From Clostridia bacterium (GTDB lineage: Bacteria; Bacillota; Clostridia; Christensenellales; QALW01), in contig JAFXDC010000065.1 of the NCBI GenBank assembly GCA_017516345.1, positions 481-64,480 on the forward strand: a DNA stretch of 64,000 nt, given 5' to 3'. Below are positions 54,553-64,000 of the stretch, piece by piece. The position numbers were made by a program, and so were the translations under genes. The notes under the pieces are model-generated. The model was not told the DNA's origin. It searched no databases and saw only the letters and a list, made by a program, of their open reading frames with translations. Numbering within the stretch: position 1 is the first letter of the stretch; the number at the start of each line of letters is the position of its first letter.

Positions 54553-55788
54553 TCAATAATTGTTCCTTATTTTTTTTCTTATTCCGAAATAAGCTCCCAA
54601 GAACACCAGAACAGCAATTATAATTCCGCAAATAACGTATATTCCGGTGCTGATCTCAATGTTGGATTTAAGCTCCTCCCAAAGCTGGTTGATCAACGCA
54701 AGCTTTTCGCCGCTTAAATTCTTGTAGGTGGAGGTCATCACGCTGTCGGTATCATACATTTTTTCATAAGCGTCATCTTTAATTTCACTCATATACTCGA
54801 TGTATTCCTCGTTTTCCACAACCACTCTGTTGGGGGAGGCGTAATAGGTGTATTCTGCGTTGGCTATTGCGGGCTCCTCTGTAAGCATAAAGTCGATATA
54901 CCTTTCCGCGATCAGCTTATTTTTGCTTGATGCGGGTATGCACATGGCGTCAACGTACAGGTTGGTGCCTTCCTCGGGATAATAAAACTCAAGATCCTGG
55001 TTGTTTTCATACATTGCAAGATAATCACCGGCATAGTACGCGGCAATTCCCGCAGAGCCGTTCTCCATCTTGTTATAGATCTCGTCCATTACGTATCCCT
55101 GAAGAATGGGCTTTTGCTCCTTCAGCTTATCAAGGGCGGCACGCCACTGCGCCTCGTCATCGGTATTAACGTCAATGCCCAAAAGGTACTGAGCGCTTCC
55201 GAAGGCATCGCGGGAGTTGTTGAACTGTAAAATGTTGCCCGCGTGCTTTTCGTCCCACATAAGCTTCCAGCTTCCGATGTTTGGATCATCCTCCGCAACC
55301 ATGGTGGTATTGTATATTATGCCGATCATACCGTAAAGGTAGGGAACCGAATAGATATTTCCGGGGTCGTATTCGGAATGTTGACTGTCCTCGCCCCAAA
55401 ATTCGGGCAGGATATTTGTTATGTTGGGGATATTTTCGTAGTTAAGAGGGGCAAGCAGATCCTCGGCTATCAGCCTTTGGATCATATAATCCGACGGAAC
55501 CACTATGTCGTAGCTGACCGAGCCTGAGCTTAATTTGGCATACAAGCTTTCGTTGCTTGAGAAGGTTGAGTAATTTACCGTTACCTTGACTCCGTAGGTT
55601 TGATAGTACCACTCTTCGAATGCGGCGTTGGAGTCGAGACAACCCTCGGAGCCGTCCGAGATGTATTCACCCCAGTTATAGACGTATAGGGTGACGCTTT
55701 CGCTTGCTGTGATTTCCGAGCAGGCGGTGAGCATTACGGGTAAAATAATCAATAGTATTGCGGTAAGTACCGAAGCTATTCTCTTCAT
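54553..55788 (-). CDS. potD: Spermidine/putrescine ABC transporter substrate-binding lipoprotein with an extra C-terminal TM helix
   Basis: 411 aa. Lipobox 'MLTAC', PotD-like body, and C-terminal 'GIYVICGIIIAVLVFLGAYFGIRKKIRNNY'. Confidence 0.8.
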   Translation of the reverse strand: MKRIASVLTAILLIILPVMLTACSEITASESVTLYVYNWGEYISDGSEGCLDSNAAFEEWYYQTYGVKVTVNYSTFSSNESLYAKLSSGSVSYDIVVPSDYMIQRLIAEDLLAPLNYENIPNITNILPEFWGEDSQHSEYDPGNIYSVPYLYGMIGIIYNTTMVAEDDPNIGSWKLMWDEKHAGNILQFNNSRDAFGSAQYLLGIDVNTDDEAQWRAALDKLKEQKPILQGYVMDEIYNKMENGSAGIAAYYAGDYLAMYENNQDLEFYYPEEGTNLYVDAMCIPASSKNKLIAERYIDFMLTEEPAIANAEYTYYASPNRVVVENEEYIEYMSEIKDDAYEKMYDTDSVMTSTYKNLSGEKLALINQLWEELKSNIEISTGIYVICGIIIAVLVFLGAYFGIRKKIRNNY

Positions 55789-56597
55789 TTTGCCCCTCCT
55801 TTTGCAATGGTCTTGCGGTTAAAGCTGCCCGCAAAGTTAACAATAAGCAGTATTACAAGGATGACCACTACGATAAGCGCAGAAAGGGCATACATGCTGA
55901 ATTTGACGTTGTGCGCCGTTTGGTTATAAACATATAACGGTAGGGTCTGAAAGTCGGGAGAGCTTACAAAATGGCTTATTACGAAGTCGTCAAGCGACAT
56001 GGTAAAGCTCAGCATAAGTCCGGATACGATGCCCGGTACTATCTCGGGAAGCTCTACCTTAAAGAATGCCTGAGACGGGGTGCATCCAAGGTCCTGCGCC
56101 GCCTCGGACATTGAGGTATCAAGCTGCTTAAATCGGGGGAGCACCGAAAGAATAACGTACGGCAGGTTAAAGGTGACGTGAGCAATAAGCATGGTGCCAA
56201 ATCCGAATAGATTTTGTGAGCCGAGGAAGCCCGCCAATGCGACGAATAAAAGCATCATGGAAACACCCGTAACGATATCGGGATTCATCATTGGGATATT
56301 TGTTACGGTGTTTATTGCGCCCTTTAACCATTTGCTTCTCATACGGTGAAGGCCAAGAGATGCAAAGGTGCCTATAATGGTGGCTATGACCGAGGAGGAT
56401 ACCGCAAGGAGCAGTGAGTTGCACAGCGAGGTAAGCGCCTCATCGTCGTTAAAGAGCTCCTCGTACCATACGGTGGAAAAGCCTGAGAATTCCGCAAGAC
56501 TGCCCGCTTCATTAAACGAGAAGACTATAAGCACTAATATCGGAACGTATAGCAACAGAAAAATTAAAAAGATGTAAGAGCGTTGCAGAAATTTCAT
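55785..56597 (-). CDS. potC: Spermidine/putrescine ABC permease
   Basis: 270 aa, 6 TM segments, 'EAAQDLGCTPSQAFFKVELP' EAA loop. Overlaps its neighbours by 4 nt. Confidence 0.85.
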   Translation of the reverse strand: MKFLQRSYIFLIFLLLYVPILVLIVFSFNEAGSLAEFSGFSTVWYEELFNDDEALTSLCNSLLLAVSSSVIATIIGTFASLGLHRMRSKWLKGAINTVTNIPMMNPDIVTGVSMMLLFVALAGFLGSQNLFGFGTMLIAHVTFNLPYVILSVLPRFKQLDTSMSEAAQDLGCTPSQAFFKVELPEIVPGIVSGLMLSFTMSLDDFVISHFVSSPDFQTLPLYVYNQTAHNVKFSMYALSALIVVVILVILLIVNFAGSFNRKTIAKGGAK

Positions 56598-57439
56598 GGC
56601 ATGAATCCTCCTCCGTTGCCCTTGGTGGGGGATTGCTTATCATCGGAGAAGCGATTCATGACGGTTACCGATATAATAATAAGTATCATCATAACCAGCG
56701 AGATCACTGCGCCGACGTTATAGGTCGACGGGTTCTGAAAGAGTCTTTCTATGGTGTCGCCTACAAGGTCTATCTTGCCTGCTCCAAGCTTTTGCGAAAT
56801 GTAAAATGTGCTTATGGAGGGCACGAAAACCATGGTAATACCCGAAATGACGCCGGATGCGGTAAGGGGCATTACCACCTTGGTCATGGTCTGCCAAGAG
56901 TTGCAACCCAGATCGTGCGATGCCTCGATATATTTCGGGTCGAGCTTTGTCATAGCGGTAAAAATGGGAAGCACCATATATGGCAGAAAATCGTATATCA
57001 TGCCCAGTATAACGCCAAAATTAGTGCCTACTATGGATAGCTTATCAAATCCGAGAGATTCAAGCAGGGAGTTAAGCAGACCTCCGTTGTCAAGCAACGC
57101 CATAAGAGCATAGGTTCTTATCAGCAGATTGCACCACATGGGCAGCATTACAAGCACCATCAGTATCTTTTGTGCGCGCGGAGACTGCTTTGACATAAAG
57201 TATGCCAAGGGATATCCGATCAAAAGACATACAACGGTGGCTATTAATGCGAATGCTATGGAAAGCACGAAAACGTGCCCGTATTGAGCAAGTGATGATA
57301 TGTTTTCAAAGGAGAACTGCCCCTTGTCGTCCGTGAAGGCAAAAAACAGCACGAATATCATTGGAAAAACAATGAACATCACGGTCCATACCATGTGCGG
57401 GACGGCGGCTAGCTTTTGAAAGATGGAAGACTTGTTCAT
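56594..57439 (-). CDS. potB: Spermidine/putrescine ABC permease
   Basis: 281 aa. '[20 protein letters not shown]' EAA loop. Confidence 0.85.
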   Translation of the reverse strand: MNKSSIFQKLAAVPHMVWTVMFIVFPMIFVLFFAFTDDKGQFSFENISSLAQYGHVFVLSIAFALIATVVCLLIGYPLAYFMSKQSPRAQKILMVLVMLPMWCNLLIRTYALMALLDNGGLLNSLLESLGFDKLSIVGTNFGVILGMIYDFLPYMVLPIFTAMTKLDPKYIEASHDLGCNSWQTMTKVVMPLTASGVISGITMVFVPSISTFYISQKLGAGKIDLVGDTIERLFQNPSTYNVGAVISLVMMILIIISVTVMNRFSDDKQSPTKGNGGGFMP

Positions 57440-58566
57440 TCCTCATCCTCCTCGGGGTCAGCAAGATGCTCAAGCTCGTCACTGAAGGAGGAGTAGTCTC
57501 CGAATTTGCCGGAGTATTCGGATTTCTTCATAACGTGAATGGCTTCGGGCTCGATATGAAGACCGATGACTGCATCGGGAGCAACGTAGTCCGAGGTCTC
57601 AAGCATCCATTTAAAGCCCTGTACGTCAACTATTATTTCGTAATAATCACCCTTGAAGGTTATCGAGGAAACGGTACCGGTGAGCATGCCGTTTTCAAGC
57701 GGTACAACGTCAACGTCCTCGGGTCGGACTACGATATCCACCTTTTCCTTGGGAGCAAAATTTTTGTCCACACAGTTAAAGGTGTGGCCCGAGAAGCGTA
57801 CCTTGAAATCCTCGAGCATTACGCCGTCCAGTATATTGGATTCGCCTATAAAATCCGCTACAAAAGCGTTTTCAGGCTCGTTATATATTTTTTCGGGTGT
57901 GCCTATCTGTTGGATCTTTCCGTCTGCCATTACGACTATGGTATCAGACATTGAAAGGGCCTCCTCCTGGTCGTGAGTAACAAAGATAAAGGTAATGCCG
58001 GTTTGTCTCTGCATGCGCTTGAGCTCCACCTGCATATCCTTTCGAAGCTTAAGGTCCAGGGCGCCCAAGGGCTCATCCAACAAAAGGATCCTGGGCTTAT
58101 TTATAAGAGCGCGTGCTATGGCAACACGCTGCTGCTGACCGCCCGAGAGGCTATCCACTCTGCGGCGCTCAAAACCTTTGAGGTTTACCATTGCGAGCAT
58201 ATCCTTGACCTGCTCGCGTATCTCGTTTTCAGGGGTCTTTTTAATGCGAAGACCGAATGCGATATTCTCAAAAACGTTAAGATGGGGGAAAAGCGCATAT
58301 TTCTGAAAAACAGTGTTTACAGGGCGCTTATGAGGGGGGATGTCGTTTATCAGCTTTCCGTCAAAATATACCTTTCCTTCATCAGGGGTAACGAAGCCGC
58401 CGATAATACGAAGCGTGGTTGTTTTGCCGCAGCCGGAGGGGCCGAGCAGGGTAATAAATTCGTGCTCGCGAATATCAAGATCAATGGAGCACAGGACGGT
58501 CTCATCACCGTAGGATTTCGACACGCCGCGGAGTTTGATAAGCTTTTCGTTATTCATTCCGTACAA
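57436..58566 (-). CDS. potA: Spermidine/putrescine ABC ATPase
   Basis: 'GPSGCGKTT', '[15 protein letters not shown]', 'LLLDEP' and a C-terminal TOBE-like domain. ATG 58557 is a possible alternative start. Confidence 0.9.
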   Translation of the reverse strand: MYGMNNEKLIKLRGVSKSYGDETVLCSIDLDIREHEFITLLGPSGCGKTTTLRIIGGFVTPDEGKVYFDGKLINDIPPHKRPVNTVFQKYALFPHLNVFENIAFGLRIKKTPENEIREQVKDMLAMVNLKGFERRRVDSLSGGQQQRVAIARALINKPRILLLDEPLGALDLKLRKDMQVELKRMQRQTGITFIFVTHDQEEALSMSDTIVVMADGKIQQIGTPEKIYNEPENAFVADFIGESNILDGVMLEDFKVRFSGHTFNCVDKNFAPKEKVDIVVRPEDVDVVPLENGMLTGTVSSITFKGDYYEIIVDVQGFKWMLETSDYVAPDAVIGLHIEPEAIHVMKKSEYSGKFGDYSSFSDELEHLADPEEDEE

Positions 58567-59009
58567 TTCCTTTAAATAAAAATTTCCGGAAGGGGTCTAT
58601 GTCGCACGTCGGAAAAAAGCATAAAGCCGTTCGGCGTGTAAAACACGCCGAACGTAAAAAAGCCGAGTGCACTTACGTACCACAGTTTCCGAGGTTATTG
58701 TATCAAAAAATGAATTATTATGCAATGGTTTTTTATAATAACTGTTGTTTTTGCTTGAATTATATTGATTTTTGTTGTTTAATTGCGATTATTGCGAAAA
58801 AACACTGTCTGTTCGCGGTTTTTATTCAGTATGCTTCGGTATTGTATATCAATCTTCCAAAAAATGCTCGTTTTTATAGATAAAGCAGAAAAACAAACCG
58901 TTCGTATAGTTTGCAGATGATTTTTCTACTATTTTATATATTTTTATGTTGCAATTAACGTTGATTTAATGGTATTATTATCTTATTAACTTTGCTTTCG
59001 AGGTGCGAT

Positions 59010-61007
59010 ATGGAAAAGAAGCTTTATCACTGCGCGGCGTATTATCCCGAGCTGTGGGATGAAACATTCATCAGGTCGGATATCGAGCATATGAAGAAAA
59101 TAGGTATCAATTGCGTGCGTATGGCGGAATTTGCCTGGCACTTTATGGAGCCTGAGCAGGACAAAATAGACGTTTCCTTTTTTGTAAGGGTGGCAGATAT
59201 TTTATATGAAAACGGAATTGATTCCATCATTTGTACTCCCACTCCCACTCCGCCTATATGGATAACTCACGACCATCCGGAAAGGCTTATAGTTACCAAT
59301 AAGGGTGAGCATTACATACACGGCGGCAGACAGCACGTTTGCTCAAACGATGCATTCGTGCGTGAACGCTCGTATATTATCGTTGAGGCTTTGGCAAAGG
59401 CTTTTGCGAATCACCCGGGCGTTATTGCGTGGCAGATAGATAACGAGATGAAGGCAAACAACTGTATGTGTCAAAGCTGCCGTAGGCTTTGGCATAAGTG
59501 GCTTAAAGATAGATACGGTACCATTGAAGACTTGAATGAAAAATGGGGGACCGAGGTCTGGAGTCAGGCATATAATTCCTTTGATCAGGTGGTTCAGCCG
59601 TTTGTAAACCGTGAGGCACACAATCCGTCGCTGCTTACCGAATACACCCGCTTTTCAAGACAGACCCTTAACGAATATGCCTTCGCACAGGCAGATATCA
59701 TAAGAAAATACTCAACTGCGCCCATTACTCACGATATCTATTCCGGCTTCCATATAGATTCCGAGGGCTTGTTTAACTATCTTGATTTTACCTCAATGAA
59801 TGGATACACGGGGGATGACGGCTTTAACAAATGGCTTTTTGATTTTGATTTCTATCGCGGTATTCGCTCGGACGGACGCTTTTTCGTTACGGAAACAAGC
59901 CCCAATTATGCAGGAGCCATTTTGGGAGTGGGCAGGCCGCATAGGGATGGCTTTTTGGAGATCGAGGCGCTCGCCTCTTACGCAAGCGGCGGATTCGGCT
60001 TTTCATATTGGCATTTCAAGCAGCACAGATGCGGAAGCGAGCTGCCGCACGGATCTCTGCTGTCAGCATGGAATAAGCCAACGACGGGTTATTTCCAAGC
60101 GCAAAAGGTGGAAAAAATGCGCAAAACGGTAGAGAAAGCGTTTTTATCCACAACCCATGAGAAGCCGCAGATCGCCATTACTTACTCCGAAATGGCAAGA
60201 GAGTTTTATGAAACCGAGCCGATATTGGAAGGCAAAAGCTACTTTGACCATATGTTTAATCTGCATAATTGTATGCAGAATGCGGGCCTTAATAAGGACC
60301 TTTTGCCCGAGGGAGCACCCCTTGACGACTATAAACTGCTTTTTACACCCTTTTTACCCTACGTTAGCGATGATTTTCTTAATAAAGCTATCGATTTTGT
60401 TAAAAATGGAGGAACTTGGCTGATCGGCCCCATGACGGGAAGCAGAGGGGAATATCATACAGTCAATACCGATTGCTGTCTTGGTAAAATAGAACAGACG
60501 GCGGGAGTCAGCGTCGAGCTGTACCATCCCTTCAGCGGAACGGGGGCATATCTTGAGGCGTTTGGTATTTCCGCTCCCGCATTTCTTCACGGCGGAGCAC
60601 TTCGGGCTACGGATTCCCGCTCACTTGGCAGAATATCGGGAGGACTCTCCGAAGGATACTCATTTCTTACCGAAAAAAGCATGGGCAAGGGTAAGGTAGT
60701 GCTGCTTTCGGTAATGCCAAACATGTTTGAGCAGGCAGGAAGGGAGCTAATCACAAGGCTTATCGATCACTATGCCATTGGGGCGGGCGTCAGCAACAGA
60801 TACCGCGCAAGCAACGGTACGGCGGTTATTTGCAGGAGTGGCGAAGGCGAATTTAAGCGCGTTATAACCGTTATAAACGGAACCGATAGGGAGGGCTGGT
60901 ATGAGCTTGACGATGATGCCATATCTCTTTTCAGTGGGGCGGTATGTCCAAAGGGCATATGCAAGCTTGCTCCGTTCGGATATGACGTGCTCGTGGTAAA
61001 GAAATAA
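59010..61007 (+). CDS. GH42-family beta-galactosidase
   Basis: ATG 59010 behind GAGGTG. 'YYPELWDE', 'WQIDNEM', a Cys cluster 'CMCQSCRRLW' (a GH42 zinc site as I recall) and 'FVTETSP'. Confidence 0.8.
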   Translation: MEKKLYHCAAYYPELWDETFIRSDIEHMKKIGINCVRMAEFAWHFMEPEQDKIDVSFFVRVADILYENGIDSIICTPTPTPPIWITHDHPERLIVTNKGEHYIHGGRQHVCSNDAFVRERSYIIVEALAKAFANHPGVIAWQIDNEMKANNCMCQSCRRLWHKWLKDRYGTIEDLNEKWGTEVWSQAYNSFDQVVQPFVNREAHNPSLLTEYTRFSRQTLNEYAFAQADIIRKYSTAPITHDIYSGFHIDSEGLFNYLDFTSMNGYTGDDGFNKWLFDFDFYRGIRSDGRFFVTETSPNYAGAILGVGRPHRDGFLEIEALASYASGGFGFSYWHFKQHRCGSELPHGSLLSAWNKPTTGYFQAQKVEKMRKTVEKAFLSTTHEKPQIAITYSEMAREFYETEPILEGKSYFDHMFNLHNCMQNAGLNKDLLPEGAPLDDYKLLFTPFLPYVSDDFLNKAIDFVKNGGTWLIGPMTGSRGEYHTVNTDCCLGKIEQTAGVSVELYHPFSGTGAYLEAFGISAPAFLHGGALRATDSRSLGRISGGLSEGYSFLTEKSMGKGKVVLLSVMPNMFEQAGRELITRLIDHYAIGAGVSNRYRASNGTAVICRSGEGEFKRVITVINGTDREGWYELDDDAISLFSGAVCPKGICKLAPFGYDVLVVKK

Positions 61008-61128
61008 ACGTTTTTACTAATTGTAAGAGTATTTTACTATAATGTGTTGAATATAAACTTGGCAAAACGGTAGGATTGTGCTATACTATAATTTGTTATC
61101 TTATATTTATCTTCAGCAGGTGTTTTTT

Positions 61129-62226
61129 ATGGTAAACGAACCAAAACCAAAAAAGAAAAAAATCAAATTAATGCCTATTTTCATTGTGGTTTTTAACGTA
61201 TTGGCTATCGGCGGCATGGCAATAGCTGAGTTTGGCAATAGTGAAAGACCGAGTAAGCCCATTGGGGAGCTGTTATCAATGCTCGGGTCAAATTGGGTAT
61301 TCATTGCTCTGTGCTTGGCGTCGTTTTTGGCCATCGTGCTAAGCGAGACCTTAAAATACTTTTTTATGCTTAGGTCCTGCACCAAGAGTAATATGTTTAG
61401 AACAGCCTTTGAGGTGGGCGTGCTTGGAAAGTATTATGATTTCATAACTCCATCCGGCTCGGGCGGTCAACCCTTTCAAATGTACTTTCTTAAAAAAAGC
61501 GGCCTTTCTGCGGGTGTTTCGGGATCGCTGCCTGTAGTTGGATTTTTAACAAATCAGGTAGCGTTTATAGTCATTGCTATTGTTTTGTTTATAATGCGTT
61601 TGCCCTACATAGAAACGGGCATAGCCGGTGATCTTGCTGCGGGATTCGGTATAGTATGCTACGCGGCAGTGCCCACTCTGCTGCTCCTGTTTTCAATTTT
61701 CCCAAAGCTTGCAACCTCTATAGTTTCCTGGTTTATTAAGATCGGTGCTAAAATAAAGCTGGTAAAGGAGCCCGAAGCAAAGATAAAAAAGGTGTGCGAC
61801 ACGTTTGCTGAGTATCGGGATAACCTTGCGTTTATGGCAAAGTCCAAGAGCGTTATGGTGATTACGTTTTTACTCTCTGTTATTGCTCAATTGGCAAATG
61901 CTATAGTTCCGTATTTTGTGCTTGTCGCCTGCGGTGTGGAGAATGCCTCCGCCATAGATATCATAACGCTCAGCTTTTACGTTTACGCTACCGTTACCTA
62001 TATTCCCACTCCGGGCAGCACGGGTGCCGCAGAGGGAGCGTTTTATATTGTATTCAATCAGCTCTCCGAGGGAGTTTTGTTCTGGGGAACCATGATATGG
62101 CGCTTCTTCACCTATTACTCCTTCATTTTGCTGGGGATGCTTGTTACCGCTATAACCACGATGCGTGACAAAAAGACTTCAAGGCAAACTGCTGAGACTG
62201 AGCCGGAACAAACATTAACAGATTAA
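61129..62226 (+). CDS. UPF0104/LPG-synthase-TM-like (flippase-like) integral membrane protein
   Basis: ATG 61129. Lys-rich N-terminus followed by about 8 TM segments. 'TPSGSGGQPFQMYFLKK' and 'PTPGSTGAAEGAF' resemble the family. Confidence 0.5.
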   Translation: MVNEPKPKKKKIKLMPIFIVVFNVLAIGGMAIAEFGNSERPSKPIGELLSMLGSNWVFIALCLASFLAIVLSETLKYFFMLRSCTKSNMFRTAFEVGVLGKYYDFITPSGSGGQPFQMYFLKKSGLSAGVSGSLPVVGFLTNQVAFIVIAIVLFIMRLPYIETGIAGDLAAGFGIVCYAAVPTLLLLFSIFPKLATSIVSWFIKIGAKIKLVKEPEAKIKKVCDTFAEYRDNLAFMAKSKSVMVITFLLSVIAQLANAIVPYFVLVACGVENASAIDIITLSFYVYATVTYIPTPGSTGAAEGAFYIVFNQLSEGVLFWGTMIWRFFTYYSFILLGMLVTAITTMRDKKTSRQTAETEPEQTLTD

Positions 62227-62240
62227 TTACAACAATAATA

Positions 62241-62276
62241 AAGACCCTGACTCGTTTAGAGTCGGGGTCTTTGTGC
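62241..62276. terminator. Bidirectional terminator
   Basis: aagaccctgactc gttta gagtcggggtctt, a 13-bp stem with one G-U pair. Confidence 0.75.
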
Positions 62277-62280
62277 GTTT

Positions 62281-63318
62281 TCAGATATTATTCTTTATGG
62301 CATCTCCCATTTCCGAGCAGGTAACGCCGCTTTGGGATATATCGCGTGTAAATATACCTTCGGATAGGGTGGATGACACGGCTTGCTCAATGCATAACGC
62401 TTCGTCAAAAAGCCCAAAGTCTCTGAGCATCAATGCAGAGCAAAGGATCGCACCTATGGGGTCTGCAAGGTTATGCCCTGCTATTTCGACTTGCGATGTC
62501 ATTGCGGGAGTAAAGATCCCCACTTTTCCGCCAATGCATGCACATGGCGAGATGCTAAGACCGGTCAGGGAGCTTGCTTGCTCTGACAGGATATCGCCAA
62601 GCATGTTAGGACAAAGTAAAACGTCAAACTGATTCGGATCGGATATCAACCGCGCGGCCGCTTGCTCGGCATGCATATGTGTAAGCTCTACATCGGGGTA
62701 GGCGCGAGATACTGCATCCACGCATCTGCGCCAAAGCCGCGAGGAATCCAGCCTGTCGGACTTATCAACAGAACAGAGGCGTTTGTTGCGCGTGAGTGCC
62801 TGCCCGAATGCCAGCTCGGCTATTCGTTGGATCTCGCCTCCTGAGTACTCCTCGGTGTCAAAGGCACTGCTTCCGTCCGGTGCGTTGCCGTGCTTGCCGA
62901 AATATATTCCGCCCGCAAGCTCGCGTACAATAAGAATATCGGTGCCGCGACATATCTCTTCCTTTAAAGGGGAGGAGGAAATCAGAGGATCGTGAATTTT
63001 CACGTGTCGCAAATATGCATATGCGCCAACCGTACCTTGAAGGGCAAGCAAGCCGCTTTCCGGGCTCTTTTCGCGTTTGCTCCATGACGGCCCACCTACG
63101 GTGCCTAACAATACTGCGTCACTGCTCAATACCGCTTGCCGAGCATCAAATGGGAACGGGGTGCCGTAATGGTCTATTGCGGCTCCGCCAAAGTCTTTAA
63201 AAATGTAGTCGAAGCAGTGGCAATATTTTTTAGCTATTGCGTTAAGCACCTTTATTGCCTCTGCACATATCTCAGGGCCTATACCGTCGCCCGCAAGTAC
63301 TGTGATCGTCTTATTCAT
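62281..63318 (-). CDS. Isopropylmalate/isocitrate dehydrogenase-family protein, divergent
   Basis: 345 aa. 'VLAGDGIGPE', 'VRELAGGIYFG' and 'SVDKS' are conserved. The canonical 'GDILSD' reads 'GDILSE', and the 'HGSAPDIAG' loop is replaced by 'AMTSQVEIAG'. Confidence 0.65.
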   Translation of the reverse strand: MNKTITVLAGDGIGPEICAEAIKVLNAIAKKYCHCFDYIFKDFGGAAIDHYGTPFPFDARQAVLSSDAVLLGTVGGPSWSKREKSPESGLLALQGTVGAYAYLRHVKIHDPLISSSPLKEEICRGTDILIVRELAGGIYFGKHGNAPDGSSAFDTEEYSGGEIQRIAELAFGQALTRNKRLCSVDKSDRLDSSRLWRRCVDAVSRAYPDVELTHMHAEQAAARLISDPNQFDVLLCPNMLGDILSEQASSLTGLSISPCACIGGKVGIFTPAMTSQVEIAGHNLADPIGAILCSALMLRDFGLFDEALCIEQAVSSTLSEGIFTRDISQSGVTCSEMGDAIKNNI

Positions 63319-63329
63319 ACTATCGTCCT

Positions 63330-64000
63330 TTAAGAATAGCTTGCCATGGCGTCTATGCCTTCAAGCAATAGGGTCTTGGCCTCTGTTTTTGCATTATAGT
63401 GATACAGGTTGAAGGTTCCGTCCTGGTTAAGGGTGGAGAAGTAAATGCTTTCGCCGTCGCCTTGAACCTGAATACAGTCAAAGGTGTCGGCAAAAACGTC
63501 GGAGCTTACGATGCTGTATTTGGCGGTCTCTACGTTGTATACCACTAAGGTCCCGTAAATATCGGCGTTGCCGTGGTCGGCAAATTTGTCACCGTCGGTC
63601 TCGGAGATGACCACTACATCCTTAAGATATACCAGGTATTTGGCGTCATTTGTAAGCATTGAGCAGGAATAATACTGTCCGCTCGAGGAATCGTATATTG
63701 CACCGCACGAATTAATAAGCTTTTCGTGATCTTTGCCGTCGGTCATGTAGATCTCAACGTCGGTCTTATTGGCATTCGCGCTCAGTACGAGCTTGTCACA
63801 AGCCTCGTAATACAGTATTTCGTGTACCGTGCTCAACGGCACCTTGCCGTTTTTGATATATATTTGCTCGGTTATTGCGTTTCCGCTTGAAAGATCCGTC
63901 TTAAACAGCTGAAAATTCTGTGAATTGTTACCGAACAAAAGCATATATCCTTGTTTTGTTCTGCTGTTGATGGATATGTTGCTGATGCTTGAATAATATG
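63330..64000 (-). CDS. Hypothetical protein, 5'-truncated by the window edge
   Basis: The track starts at Met 63944, but the frame stays open to position 64000 (...YYSSISNISINSRTKQGY-MLLF...). Beta-rich and Tyr/Asp-rich. Ends 11 nt before the leuB-like start. Confidence 0.5.
   Translation of the reverse strand, partial: YYSSISNISINSRTKQGYMLLFGNNSQNFQLFKTDLSSGNAITEQIYIKNGKVPLSTVHEILYYEACDKLVLSANANKTDVEIYMTDGKDHEKLINSCGAIYDSSSGQYYSCSMLTNDAKYLVYLKDVVVISETDGDKFADHGNADIYGTLVVYNVETAKYSIVSSDVFADTFDCIQVQGDGESIYFSTLNQDGTFNLYHYNAKTEAKTLLLEGIDAMASYS

Overview
64-kb chromosomal segment that looks like a Firmicutes/Clostridia genome. The taxon is inferred only from content: T-box leader, CIRCE/HrcA-controlled hrcA-grpE-dnaK-dnaJ operon, gatCAB, SpoVB/MurJ-like flippase, IspH-S1 fusion, strong GGAGG ribosome-binding sites. 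I call about 50 protein-coding genes and see no rRNA, tRNA, CRISPR array, transposase or integrase. Most of the window is housekeeping: tsaE-tsaB-rimI, murF-ddl, metA, the heat-shock operon, gatCAB, cmk-plsC-ispH/rpsA, potABCD, nagB and a leuB-like gene. Two patches stand out. (1) Positions 1-9.3 kb hold a sugar/sugar-acid utilisation patch: a GH78-like enzyme, an AraC regulator, two cytoplasmic BNR/sialidase-like proteins, an FGGY-kinase::HpcH-aldolase fusion and nagB. This patch is full of structured intergenic repeats, and it carries a duplicated divergent control region, a decayed araC paralog and an orphan promoter copy. (2) Positions 33.4-42.7 kb hold a self-contained five-gene minus-strand operon wedged between the flippase/gatCAB block and the hrcA operon. 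It encodes two membrane-tethered McrB-family (COG1401-like) AAA+ GTPase paralogs, a coiled-coil protein with a McrC-N-terminal-like motif but no recognisable nuclease, and two exported proteins built from ~85-aa 'K-x-YDG-x-PL' repeats. One of the exported proteins carries a transglutaminase-like Cys-His-Asp core. I do not recognise this gene combination as a described system, and it is my best candidate for something new. All functional calls rest on motif recognition by eye in the supplied translations. No database search was run.
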